Positions 26,401 to 36,300 of a stretch of 55,304 nt of DNA are shown here, piece after piece. Origin of the DNA: Balneolaceae bacterium (GTDB lineage Bacteria > Bacteroidota > Rhodothermia > Balneolales > Balneolaceae); NCBI GenBank assembly GCA_016937115.1, contig JAFGWN010000186.1, forward strand, positions 1-55,304, given 5' to 3'. The position numbers were made by a program, and so were the translations under genes. The notes below the pieces were generated by a model. It worked only from the letters and a program-made list of their open reading frames with translations. It ran no database searches and was not told the DNA's origin. Every line of letters starts with the position of its first letter. Positions within the stretch are counted from its first letter, which is position 1.

Positions 26401-29400
26401 ATTGGAGAAGATCGCATTAGTAAACGAAGCAAGCTCACGACACAAAAACTCCAGGCGCAAGAATATATCGGTGTTAATCTTACACCCGGTAAAAATACAC
26501 TTACCCTTACGGCAATCGATCCGTTTGGTAACGAGCGGGGACGGAAGCAGATAATGGTTTTTGCTCCCGGCCATATCCACAAAATAAAGCTCACAACGCC
26601 TGTTAATGACGTGCCGGCCGATGGTATTTCAACAGCCGTCGTAAAAGTTTGGTTGCAAGATAAAGAAGGCGTTGCCGTCAATGCAAAAACACCGGTTACC
26701 CTTGATGTCTCAATCGGTGAATGGTTGGTGAAAGATCTGGATTCGTCAACACCCGGTACCCAAACCTATGTTACCGGTGGGGAAGCAGAATTTGAGCTGC
26801 AATCGACTATCGAACCACAGGATGCTGATGTTCGCGTGTCAATCGGGGTGATGGAAGCAGAAACCGTGGTAAGTTTCTTGCCCGATCTTCGTCCCCTTAT
26901 TGCCGCAGGTATCATAGAAGGGACAATTCGATTAAACGAAGGTGCCAGTATTGTTCCGGCCCGCAGCGCCGACGGTTTTGAGCGGGAGCTAAAGTCGCTT
27001 TCATACAGCACCGATGATTATACGGCTGATGCCCGTGCGGCCTTTTTCCTGAAAGGGAAGATTAAAGGAAATATGCTGTTGACGGCGGGTTTTGATTCTG
27101 AAAAAGATGATGACCGCCTGTTTCGTGATATTCAGCCCGATGAGTTTTACCCTGTCTATGGTGAATCATCGGTAAAGGGATACGATGCACAGTCAACCGG
27201 ACGGCTGTACGTGCGGGTTGATCACAAGAAGACCTATGCTCTTTATGGCGATTTTGTAACGCAGGAGCGGCATCTGGCCAAAAGCCTTGGTGAATACAAC
27301 CGTACCCAGACAGGGATTAAACTGCATTACGAAAAAGACTGGGCACGTATCAATGTGTTTGGCAGCCAGGCGACTTCGTTACAGCGCATCGATGAGTTTC
27401 GGGGGCAGGGTATTTCGGGACCGTACGAACTGCAATTCGATAATATTTTGATTAACAGCGAACAGGTTGAGATCATAACGCGCGATCGCAATCAGCCATC
27501 TATTATTCTCGAACGGGAAAAACTGGTGCGTTTCCGCGATTATGTAATAGAACCGTTTACGGGCAATATTCTCTTTAAAACAGCTGTGCCGAGTGTTGAT
27601 CCAAAGCTGAATCCTGTTTTTATCCGGGTGACCTACGAAGTGGAAAGCGGGGCGGAAGATTACTTGATCGGCGGAGCTGATGGACAGATCAAGATTACGG
27701 ATTTCTTTGAAGTGGGCGGCTCATTTGTAGAAGATCGCAATCCAGAAGACAACTACCGTCTTAAAAGTATCAACTCCACATTACGACTTGGTGAAAATAC
27801 GGTATTGATTGGGGAAGCAGCCGAAAGCACGACCGAGCTTGAAGGTACTGGCCGGGGCGGACGCATTGAATTGCAGCATCGTGGCCAAATCGTCGATGGC
27901 CGTTTGTATGCCGGCCAAACCGACGAAGATTTTGTCAACCGCGCGTCTCAGCTTGGTCAGGGGCGGACCGAAGCCGGCGCACTCGGATCCATTAAACTGA
28001 CGAACTCAACTAATTTAAAAGGAGAGTTTCTATACAGCAGCAACGACACGCTGGGTACCAATACCACCGGCGGTTTGCTTAACATTCAGCAGCGTATTAC
28101 GAACGATATCCGTGCTGAAGTAGGGGTTCGTTACTCTAAGCAAAACAGATCGCAGTCGGGGATATCGGGTGATGAAGATATCACCAATAAAAATATTCGC
28201 GGTAAATTAACGGTGGGTGTTCCCAAGGTAAAAGGAGCAACTATTTATGGAGAGTACGAGCAGGATATTAATGAAAGCGACCGGAAGCTTATTGCTGTTG
28301 GCGGCGATTACCAGCTTAAAAATCGAGGTAGAATCTATGCGCGTCACGAGTTTATATCCAGTGCGCTCGGCCAGTATACGTTGAACAGTTCCACAGAACG
28401 CCAAAATACGGTTGTTGGTATTGATGCCAATTATATGCAAAACGGCCAGGTGTACAGCGAGTATCGTATGGATGATGCGTTTGACGGCCGCAATGCACAA
28501 GCGGCGATCGGGCTGCGCAATCGTTTTGAAATTCGTGAAGGGTTCGGCATCAATGCCGGGTTGGAGCGTATCTTTAGTTTAACGGGTGATCCACTGAATG
28601 AAGGGACAGCTATATCAGCCGGTGTTGACTATACTGCAAATCCGCTTTGGAAAGGCACCGCCCGGGCCGAAGCTCGTTTCAGCAATAATGGCGCCAGTTA
28701 TTTGAGCACGCTGGGCTACGGTCGAAAAATAGATCCCAACTGGACGTTTTTAGGTAAGAATATATTCAGCCTGCAAGCATCGTCAAATCCCGGAACCGCG
28801 GATCGTATCCAGCAGCGTCTGCGGTTTGGTTTTGCGTATCGTGAAACAGCTCAAAACCGCTGGGACGGGCTGGGCCGCTACGAATTAAAGTACGAAAAGA
28901 ATGGACAGTTTGGCGGGGACTATAGTCGGTTGGTTCATATTTTCTCGACTAATGTGAACTATCATCCAAGTGCCGACTGGACACACACTGGTCGTTTTGC
29001 AGCAAAAAAAGTAGCAGAATCATCAGCCGAGTTCGATTCAAAAAGTTTGACGATGCTTTTGAGTGCCCGCAGCATTCACGACATCACCCGAAAGTTAGAC
29101 GGCGGTATTAATGCAAGTATGATGACAGATGCCGGTTTTAGCAGCCAAAATTATGGCGTAGGGGTTGAGCTGGGATACATTGTACACCGTAACCTGCGTC
29201 TGGCTATCGGATTTAATGTATTTGGATTTGAAGATCGTGACCTGGCTGCATCCAGCTTTACCCGAAAAGGCGTATATCTTGGATTCAGTTACAAGTTTGA
29301 TGAGCGTCTGTTCCGCGGTCTTATGCCTGATGAAGACAAGAATGATTACCTGTATGCCACTTGCGATGAGTGTGCTGAACCGTCGACAAAGGCTGAAGCA

Positions 29401-30345
29401 CTGCCGTTACCAGACCCCGAGTTAGATTTTAAAGGATTGCAGCCGGTGATTATAGAAACGCCCGATTTTAAGGTAGCAACCCGTAAACCACTTGTCACTC
29501 TTCCAAAAGATATTCACTTTGGCTTTGATAAGAATGAGATTAGTGAAGCTTCTAAACGAATGCTCAATCTCGTGGCTCAGTTCCTGAAAGACCAGGATGC
29601 GTTTAAACTGGAAGTTACCGGCCATACCGATAGTCAGGCTTCGTACCAATATAATTTAAATTTATCCAAGCGGCGCGCAGTGTCAGTTCGTGAATACCTC
29701 GTTAGTCAAGGCGTTGATGCGAGCAAGGTAACGTTCAAGGGATGGAGTTTTGACGATTCAAAAACAGACCGGGAAGAGGATGCCATCGACCGATCCATAA
29801 ACCGCCGGGTTCAACTTAATATGGATATCCCAAACGTAAATGTTCGGTTCATCCCACAAATCAATGATCTGCAGATTGAAAAGCAGCGACTTGATGGGAT
29901 GCAGAATACGGTGTATGTATTGGATACCCGCATTGACGCCGTGCCGGATCGTATTCATTTAAACGGAACTGATTTACGTGTATCTACAAAATATATGTTG
30001 AATCGAATTGCGATGGCGCTGAAATATCATCCTGAGGAGAAAGCGACATTTAGTTTTGCAGAATCACAAGTGGAACAGCAGCAAATAGTTGCAGATTTTC
30101 TGCAACAGGCCGGCACTGATATGAATCGCATCATTATGCAGGCAGTACCGGCTTCAACAAACGAAGATACACGAGCGAAAGCAGTAGCTATCGATTACGG
30201 TGAGCATTCACAATTGATATCTGTGAAACAAACCGATGATTTAAGGTTGACCGATAACGCAAAAATTGAAATGATTTTGGATAAAATGATCGAACTGCTG
30301 AAGCTGCGCGAAGATCACTTATTGATTACTAAAAACCGTAAATGA
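23464..30345 (+). CDS. Giant outer-membrane protein: DUF11 repeats + Cna-B/SdrD-B-like + Big_1 + large beta-barrel + OmpA-like C-terminus (candidate anchor)
   Basis: ATG at 23464 (the track uses TTG at 23461), with signal peptide ...ALPAVGQ. Domain evidence is listed in the sub-features below. Confidence 0.85.
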   Translation: MRNLFSHILFVALVLIALPAVGQQVPRAGTSIDNQASGYHFFPSYSDTVFKNSNTVSLIVQEAENINLVPNHREKIRIGQVTRFTHTLSNTGNVPTTVTITAENIMGDDFDLDNIILSTVEEASKMVSNIGMAGASQAASKEITVELEPGEVFDFTISLVVPNEAKARDLGKVKIEAKTSSGKLILSNTDILEVLEGPRVEVVKKAAESTGKQGGEITYLITGSNEGDQTARTFNIQVNNVPLQKVILRDPIPANTSFLRTLSTEGGMTLYHTIDDPEFTYSTTLPDDLSRVDEFAVAYDSIAPGQKFEAQFVVAINENAAGLIKNIAQVDYRDPIDDEQQSTTAETNLVEEVLPEYEAELDYYTDGNYKTVSRAARISGPLFLQANAAACNASSAVKDTTVITFKSRDTGDIEELTGIETGHNTGYFRVMPNAPLRDAAKFTVRKRNNIIETVGDDVITATLPACSENQEAVTTQIHISPYGVIFNSEDGEPVANTSITLIDVTGEGNGGNPGAPATVYNEQGTEKIENTQETGEDGEFEFPYVQPSTYRIEVEPPTGWRFASIVEPQDLPGNRKVDEWASYGREFGVTEPGPVGVDVPVDPATDGILFIEKTVSTSGAEVGDFVTYQITVANNASTVVSDVRVEDTLPFGFRYEKGTARRDEKPIADPDGGKGPSLSFMLGDIQGNSSVTLTYRVLLGTGALNGDGTNRAVAVSNEGLQITSNEAQSKVEVRGGVFTDKGYIIGKVFADVNENDVQDPGEPGVPGVRLYLENGSFVITDSEGKYTFYGINPNKHTIKVDNYSLPQGSRLGVLDNRHAGDPSTRFVDLKNGELHRADFAICDLTEAAKREIEDRRKQFNMVVSDEVGTTLERNFSTDAQDPTRAVRRAQASGVVDGVKLPGFRKQKNGSSALAQSSSAILNDTAAVEQITLEDAMLGEKAEIGFIGLQDNDTLQAAQTRIWIKGRSSTALSLSVNGEKIGEDRISKRSKLTTQKLQAQEYIGVNLTPGKNTLTLTAIDPFGNERGRKQIMVFAPGHIHKIKLTTPVNDVPADGISTAVVKVWLQDKEGVAVNAKTPVTLDVSIGEWLVKDLDSSTPGTQTYVTGGEAEFELQSTIEPQDADVRVSIGVMEAETVVSFLPDLRPLIAAGIIEGTIRLNEGASIVPARSADGFERELKSLSYSTDDYTADARAAFFLKGKIKGNMLLTAGFDSEKDDDRLFRDIQPDEFYPVYGESSVKGYDAQSTGRLYVRVDHKKTYALYGDFVTQERHLAKSLGEYNRTQTGIKLHYEKDWARINVFGSQATSLQRIDEFRGQGISGPYELQFDNILINSEQVEIITRDRNQPSIILEREKLVRFRDYVIEPFTGNILFKTAVPSVDPKLNPVFIRVTYEVESGAEDYLIGGADGQIKITDFFEVGGSFVEDRNPEDNYRLKSINSTLRLGENTVLIGEAAESTTELEGTGRGGRIELQHRGQIVDGRLYAGQTDEDFVNRASQLGQGRTEAGALGSIKLTNSTNLKGEFLYSSNDTLGTNTTGGLLNIQQRITNDIRAEVGVRYSKQNRSQSGISGDEDITNKNIRGKLTVGVPKVKGATIYGEYEQDINESDRKLIAVGGDYQLKNRGRIYARHEFISSALGQYTLNSSTERQNTVVGIDANYMQNGQVYSEYRMDDAFDGRNAQAAIGLRNRFEIREGFGINAGLERIFSLTGDPLNEGTAISAGVDYTANPLWKGTARAEARFSNNGASYLSTLGYGRKIDPNWTFLGKNIFSLQASSNPGTADRIQQRLRFGFAYRETAQNRWDGLGRYELKYEKNGQFGGDYSRLVHIFSTNVNYHPSADWTHTGRFAAKKVAESSAEFDSKSLTMLLSARSIHDITRKLDGGINASMMTDAGFSSQNYGVGVELGYIVHRNLRLAIGFNVFGFEDRDLAASSFTRKGVYLGFSYKFDERLFRGLMPDEDKNDYLYATCDECAEPSTKAEALPLPDPELDFKGLQPVIIETPDFKVATRKPLVTLPKDIHFGFDKNEISEASKRMLNLVAQFLKDQDAFKLEVTGHTDSQASYQYNLNLSKRRAVSVREYLVSQGVDASKVTFKGWSFDDSKTDREEDAIDRSINRRVQLNMDIPNVNVRFIPQINDLQIEKQRLDGMQNTVYVLDTRIDAVPDRIHLNGTDLRVSTKYMLNRIAMALKYHPEEKATFSFAESQVEQQQIVADFLQQAGTDMNRIIMQAVPASTNEDTRAKAVAIDYGEHSQLISVKQTDDLRLTDNAKIEMILDKMIELLKLREDHLLITKNRK
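25698..25866 (+). other. SdrD-B/Cna-B-like domain inside the 2294-aa protein
   Basis: GKVFADVNENDVQDPGEPGVPGVRLYLENGSFVITDSEGKYTFYGINPNKHTIKV matches the classic SdrD B-repeat pattern. Confidence 0.75.
26578..26880 (+). other. Big_1 (invasin/intimin-type bacterial Ig-like) domain
   Basis: KIKLTTPVNDVPADGISTAVVKVWLQDKEGVAVNAKTPVTLDVSIGEW...TYVTGGEAEFELQSTIEPQDADVRVSIGV matches the AdG-s-a-v-a-v-D-G-pv pattern of Big_1. Confidence 0.7.
26881..29310 (+). other. Predicted large (>20-strand) outer-membrane beta-barrel region with a soluble insert
   Basis: About 800 aa of short amphipathic strands ending in aromatics (IRAEVGVRYS, ATIYGEYEQ, LIAVGGDYQL, RIYARHEFI, QVYSEYRMD, AISAGVDYTA, QQRLRFGFAYRE, GLGRYELKYEK, GVGVELGYIV, LRLAIGFNVFGF), with a terminal GVYLGFSYKF. 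A non-amphipathic insert (GPYELQFDNILINSEQVEIITRD...NILFKTAVPS) follows the first few strands. Confidence 0.55.
29505..29825 (+). other. OmpA_C-like peptidoglycan-binding domain
   Basis: IHFGFDKNEISEASKRMLNLVAQFLKD...LEVTGHTDSQASYQYNLNLSKRRAVSVREYLVSQGV...INRRVQL shows the canonical OmpA/MotB C-terminal motifs (TD...N..LS..RA..V). A second, degenerate copy follows at about 29950-30160. Confidence 0.85.
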
Positions 30346-33300
30346 GATTAGAAAGCAAAACATATTGCCTGTTTTTAAGCTTCTTGCTGGGAATGATATT
30401 CCTGAATGTTGCCAGCATTATCGCCCAGCCAGCCGGGTACGATTATTACAAGCAGATTACCATCCAGGCTTCGCAGGTGCCTTCTACGCAAACCAATTTC
30501 CCGGTATTAATTAGTATTACAGATCCGGATCTGGCGGCTAATGTGCAGAATACCAATGGCTATGATATTATTTTTTCTTCGGATACTAACGGCAATAATA
30601 TACTGAATCACCAGATTGAGAGCTACAATGCAGCAACCGGAACGTTGGTGGCATGGGTAGGGGTACCGAGCCTGAGCGGAAGCAGCAATACATCGATCTA
30701 CATGTTTTATGGAAACTCAAGTGTCTCTGCCAATCCTTCAACAACGGCTACCTGGAGCAGCGAATATACCAGTGTGTACCATCTAAATAATTTTGCAGAT
30801 GGTACTGCCACCGGAAATAACGGTACGAATAATGGTTCCATCAATGCAGCAGGTAAAATTGGAAGTGCCCGGCAATTTGACGGTAGCAATGATTATATAC
30901 AATTAAGCCAGAATTTGGCGCAGGTGTTAGCCGGAAATGGTACGGTATCAGCATGGATAAAAACAAGTCAGGTTGGTAGCAATACTATTTGGGAGGCTCC
31001 GGGTTTAACAGGTATTGAAGAGAGCGGGGGCGGCAACGATATTTTCTATGGATTTATTGATGGTTCGGGTCGGGTAGGAGCAGCAGCCGGGAACGGGACT
31101 GCAGCTAAAAGCTCGAATGCGTTGAATAATAATCAGTGGCACCATGTGGTGTTTACCCGGAATGCGTCAAGTGGGCAGATACTCACATACGTTAATGGAA
31201 TAATTCGTGGAAATGTAACCTCAGAAACAGGGAATAAAACGAATGCCTTTAACAGTATTGGCCGAATTGAAGATACCGGAGGATCTCCTGAATATTACCA
31301 GGGAGTAATTGATGAGTTTCGGGTTTCTAATCAGATTTTCTCTCAAAATCGCATTCAAACAGAATACAATAACCAAAATAACCCCTCTTCCTTTTATTCA
31401 GTTGGCAGTCAGCAGTCTGTTGATGATGTGGCGCCCGCTGCCCCGCAAAATGTTACGGCAACAGCAGTGGCCGGCGGTGATATCGAAATTTCATTTGATG
31501 ATGTGGATGAGACCGGCAGCGGCGTTACTTCTTATTCTGTAAAACGCTCAACCTTGCAAGGCGGACCTTATAGTCAGGTTAGTACCGTTACCGATAATGA
31601 AAGTGCAACTTACAACTACAGCGACAATACTGCTTCCAACGGGACTACCTATTACTATGTGGTTACGGCGGTGGATGCAGCCGGCAATGAAAGTAATACT
31701 TCTGCTGAAGTTTCGGCCACGGCTGATGGTACCGCACCAACAGTCGAGACTGTCACAGTTAATGGCCAGAACTTGCAAATTGATTACAGCGAGATACTTA
31801 ATAATGGTTCCGTTCCAGCGCCAAGTGATTTTAATATACAGGTGAATGGCAGTTCCCGAACAGTAACCAATGTTGCTATAAACGGCGATAAGGTAGATCT
31901 CACACTCAGTCCGTCGGTTGTACAGGGAGATAATGTGTCCGGAAGCTACACGGCAGGAAGTAATCCTATTGAAGACCAGGCAGGAAATGATGCAGCCAAC
32001 TTAAGCGGTCCTGTAACCAATAATACAAGTGACAGTACACCCCCCAATGCTCCGCAAAATATGACGGCAACAGCCATCATGGGTGGTGATATAGCGATAT
32101 CCTTCGATGATGTGGACGAAGTTTCCGGTACGGGGGTAAATTCGTATTCAGTGAAGCGTTCTGCAAACCCGGGCGGCCCGTACAGTCAGGTTGGAACCGT
32201 CGCAGATGATGAGAGCACCAGTTACACGTATACCGACAATACCGTTTCGGATGGCACTACCTATTATTATGTGGTAACAGCCATTGATGCCGCCACGAAT
32301 GAAAGCAGTAATTCATCCGAAGTCTCGGCTACCGCCGATGGTACGGGCCCAACGTTAGAAACAGCCACAGTTAATAGCACCATCCTGCAGCTTGATTATG
32401 ACGAGCAATTAAACACCGGTTCTGTCCCCGTGGCAGGTGCCTACGCAGTACAGGTGAATAGCAGTTCCCAAAGCATTTCAAACGTTGGCATTAATGGTGA
32501 CAAGGTGAATATTACACTGGTTTCCGGGGTAAGTCCGGGAGACAACATCACGATAAGTTATACGGCCGGAGTAAATCCAGTTGAAGATATCGTTGGAAAT
32601 CCGGCGGCGAATTTCTCTAATCAAACCGTAATAAATAATTCCGATAATACCCCCCCAATACTTAACAGTATTACTGTTAACAGCAGTAGTTTAAAGTTGG
32701 ATTATAACGAAACCTTAGATTTAGGTTCGGTACCGGCTGTCGGTGATTATACAGTTTGGGTGAATGGCAATCCGCGGACAATTACAAATGTACAGCTCAA
32801 TAATATCCGGGTAAATCTGACGCTCAGCCCGGCCGTAGTGAGCGGTGATAATGTTCAGGTCGATTACACGGCGGGTGCCAATCCGGTACAGGATGCGGCC
32901 GGAAATAACGTGGCGAATTTTACCAATCAAACCGCTGCCAATAATACCTTCAGCAATTCCGGCTTTGGTCCGGATCCCTGCCCGATCGTCAATGGCCAGG
33001 ATGCTGCATGGGCATGTTTTGATGGCATCAACGGGGGGACCACCATGTCGGCTTTGGTAGGTAACCTTGAGATTGCCACGGTTGATGCCGTTGGACAGAC
33101 AACTTTTGCGCCCAATGCGTTGCAGCAGTGGGCCAGCGGTGTCTTCTCGGGTGATCAGTACAATGGCCCGCAGGCCAATCCCATCGGTGCCAGTGGCAAC
33201 GCTTCCTCATTTGATATTACCATCCCATCGGGTGTACCATCGGATGCCATCATCTTTGCGCTGAACCGGCTGCGGCCTTCGTCCGGGAATACGAGCTACA

Positions 33301-36300
33301 CGCTTGAGGCTTTCAATTCAGCCGGAAGTAAAATTACTGTTAATGACTGGGTGACCGGCCAGGGTACCGACGGCGGTGTTTGTACGAACAGTGTAAACCT
33401 TGTTTATACTAACGGGAATACGACGATTGAATTCCGTCCGACCGTTTCCGGAGATCCATCGTGTTCATCATCTTCAACCCCCGTATGGTTCCGCATTACC
33501 GATGATAATGTCGCTCGCATCGAAATTCGAAAGGTTGCCGCCGAGCCCGATAATATTCATCTTGGTATGGCTGTCGCAGCCGATTTCGGCGATGCCCCCA
33601 ATGTATATAACACGCGCTATAACTCACGTGCCAATCCACCGGCATTTCACCTGCTTAATAACGACGCACCGAACACCGTCTACTTTGGCTCTGGTGTGGA
33701 CGGCGACGGTAACGGCCGCCCGAACACCAATGCTACGGGTGATGATAATGATTCCGGTCTCGACAGCGGCGATGATGAAGACGGCATTGCCTCATTGCCA
33801 ACACTGACGGCCGCTGATACGCAATACAGTATTACACTTTCCTGTACGGATGGCGGCGCAGCAGGCGGCTGGATTGATTTTGATCAGTCTGATTCATTTG
33901 ACTTCAATGAGTACGCTTCCGGTACCTGCTCGTCGGGCAGTGTAACCTTAACATGGACCGGCCTGTCCGGGTTGAATACGGGGCAAACATACGCTCGCTT
34001 CCGGATTGCTTCCAGCAGTGCGGAGATCGCCGAACCGGCAGGATATGCAACCGACGGCGAAGTGGAAGATTATACGTTGACTATCAGCCCGGCTGCGCAA
34101 ACCGATCTGGAAATTGTAAAAGCAGTGGATAATTCCACACCGATTGAAGGTGATCATATCAGCTTTACGGTTAAAGTTGTGAATAACGGATCTGATAACG
34201 CTACGGATGTTGAAGTTACCGATCAATTACCGGCCGGATTGACCTACGTTTCATCAACCCCGCAGCAGGGTACCTACAACAACAGTACCGGAATTTGGAA
34301 CGTGGGCAATATTAGTGCCAACGATTCCACATCACTGGTTCTCACTGCTTCAGTCAATAGCGCAACCTCTGGACAAACGATTACCAACACTGCTTCGGTA
34401 ACAGCGGTTAATGAAAGTGACCCCGTACCTTCCAATAATTCGGCATCATCGGGTATCACCGTTGTGCAGCCGGCGACGGACATCTCCATTGTTAAAATTG
34501 TTGACAATGCGGTACCTATCGAGGGAGAAACGGTAACGTACACCGTATCGGTAACTAATGAGGGGCCCCGCAATGCCACCAACCTTTCTGTAATCGATCA
34601 GTTACCTACAGGCATTACGTATCAATCATCTACTGCAAGCAAGGGATCGTATAATCAATCTACCGGTATTTGGAGTATAGGAACATTAAATAATGGGGAA
34701 TCTGCTTCTTTGACCATTCAGGTCAGCATTGATGATGAGACTGTAGGCAGTGATATTGCAAATACGGCGGCGCTCAACAGCCTGGATCAAACCGATCCTA
34801 ATGACAGTAATAACAGTTCTACAGCAACGATCGATATTGTTCCGCCGAATGAACCCACCACCTGTAACGACCGCCCAACCCTTTCGTTCGAAAGCCCAAC
34901 GCTGATAAGCGGATCGGCCGGACAGGTAGGCGCTGTCTACCGCTTTAATGATGTTTATCCGGCGTCGGCTAATGAGGTTTATGCCCGGGTAGAAATTTTG
35001 ACACTAAACAATATAATTTTACATGATATTGATAATGCACCGTCATATACAGGCATTGATGATGAGCTTTCACCCTTCATTGAAAATAATAGTGAAAGTG
35101 ACGGTTATATCGATTTTAGAATATCTTTCTTTGATGCCAGTACGGATCAGCCCAAATATATGTCCTTTGCTGCAACTACCGCCGATATTGACGGTACCAG
35201 CAGTGGCGGAGGGGACCTGAAGGATTTTGTGGGATATGAGAGTCTGACCTCATTTACGTGGGAACAAAATACGCAGCTTATACAGGGTGCCAGCGGCAGT
35301 TTTTTAACATTTGAATCAGCCAACTTCCAGGATACACAGCCGACCTATAGTAATTATACAGATTATATGGTCTATGCGACCTATACCAACGAGCCGACAT
35401 TCAGGTTGCGTACCGGCATTAAAGCCAACGGAATGACGGATGACCGAACCATATCCGTGAGTTTTAACCCATGCAAAATTAATGAATTCAACAACCCCGT
35501 TTCCGAAAATATTACCGATGTCGGCATCACAAAAACAGTGGACGATGTGACTCCGCAGACAGGAGAAACGATAACATATACGATTAATGCCGAAAACACC
35601 CGGGCCAATGCCGTAGGTGGTGTGGAAATAACTGATCAACTGCCTAACGACCTAACCTTTGTTTCTGCAACTCCAAGCAAGGGAACCTATAATAGTACTT
35701 CCGGGATTTGGGATATTGGTAATTTCTCGGGATTGGAATCAGCAAATTTGATTATCAAGGCTACGGTAAATTCCGGAACAGAGGGCGAAACAATAAGCAA
35801 CACTGCCACTTTGACTAACAGTTCCGGCACCGATCAAAATCAATCCAATAATTCCGCTTCTGCAGATATCCAGGTATTTGATCCGGGTTCGGGCATGCAA
35901 TGTACCGAGCCGCCCTATTTCTCATTTGCCAATCCCAACCTCGAAGCCGGTTCATCGGGACAGGTCGGCGCGGTATACCGGTTTAGCAATGTGCGGTCGG
36001 GCATCGATGCATTGGTAAAAATTACGGCCAGGAATAATGCCCAGCTTAACGAGATAGATTCAAACCAAGGGGTAAGCAATGCCAACTTCAGTCCGCTGTA
36101 TGCTCTGCAAAACGGCAACAATACCAGCGGATACATCGAATGGGAAATCAAGTTTGTACAATCCGGCACGTTTACTCCAATCAAGCAGACGTTTGCCATG
36201 ACGGCACTGGACGTTGACGGCTATGCAACAGGAGGTTCAAGCATCAGGGATTATCTTAGTTTTTCTCAGAATCAGTCGAATACAGTTGAAGCAAGCACAG

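Noticed and set aside
26100-26681. 193-aa and 122-aa antisense ORFs inside the 2294-aa gene. Comparable ORFs lie inside the giant gene at 36467-36970, 34274-34582 and 39677-40072.
   Set aside because: They are Ser/Thr/Pro-rich translations typical of the reverse frame of Gly/Thr/Asn-rich repeat genes. There is no independent signal.
32650-32656. A C7 homopolymer (and a C6 at about 32040) inside the giant gene, considered as a possible slipped-strand phase-variation switch.
   Set aside because: The tracts encode the Thr-Pro-Pro linkers of the repeat modules. They are shorter than tracts usually shown to be phase-variable, and there is no evidence of frameshifted copies.
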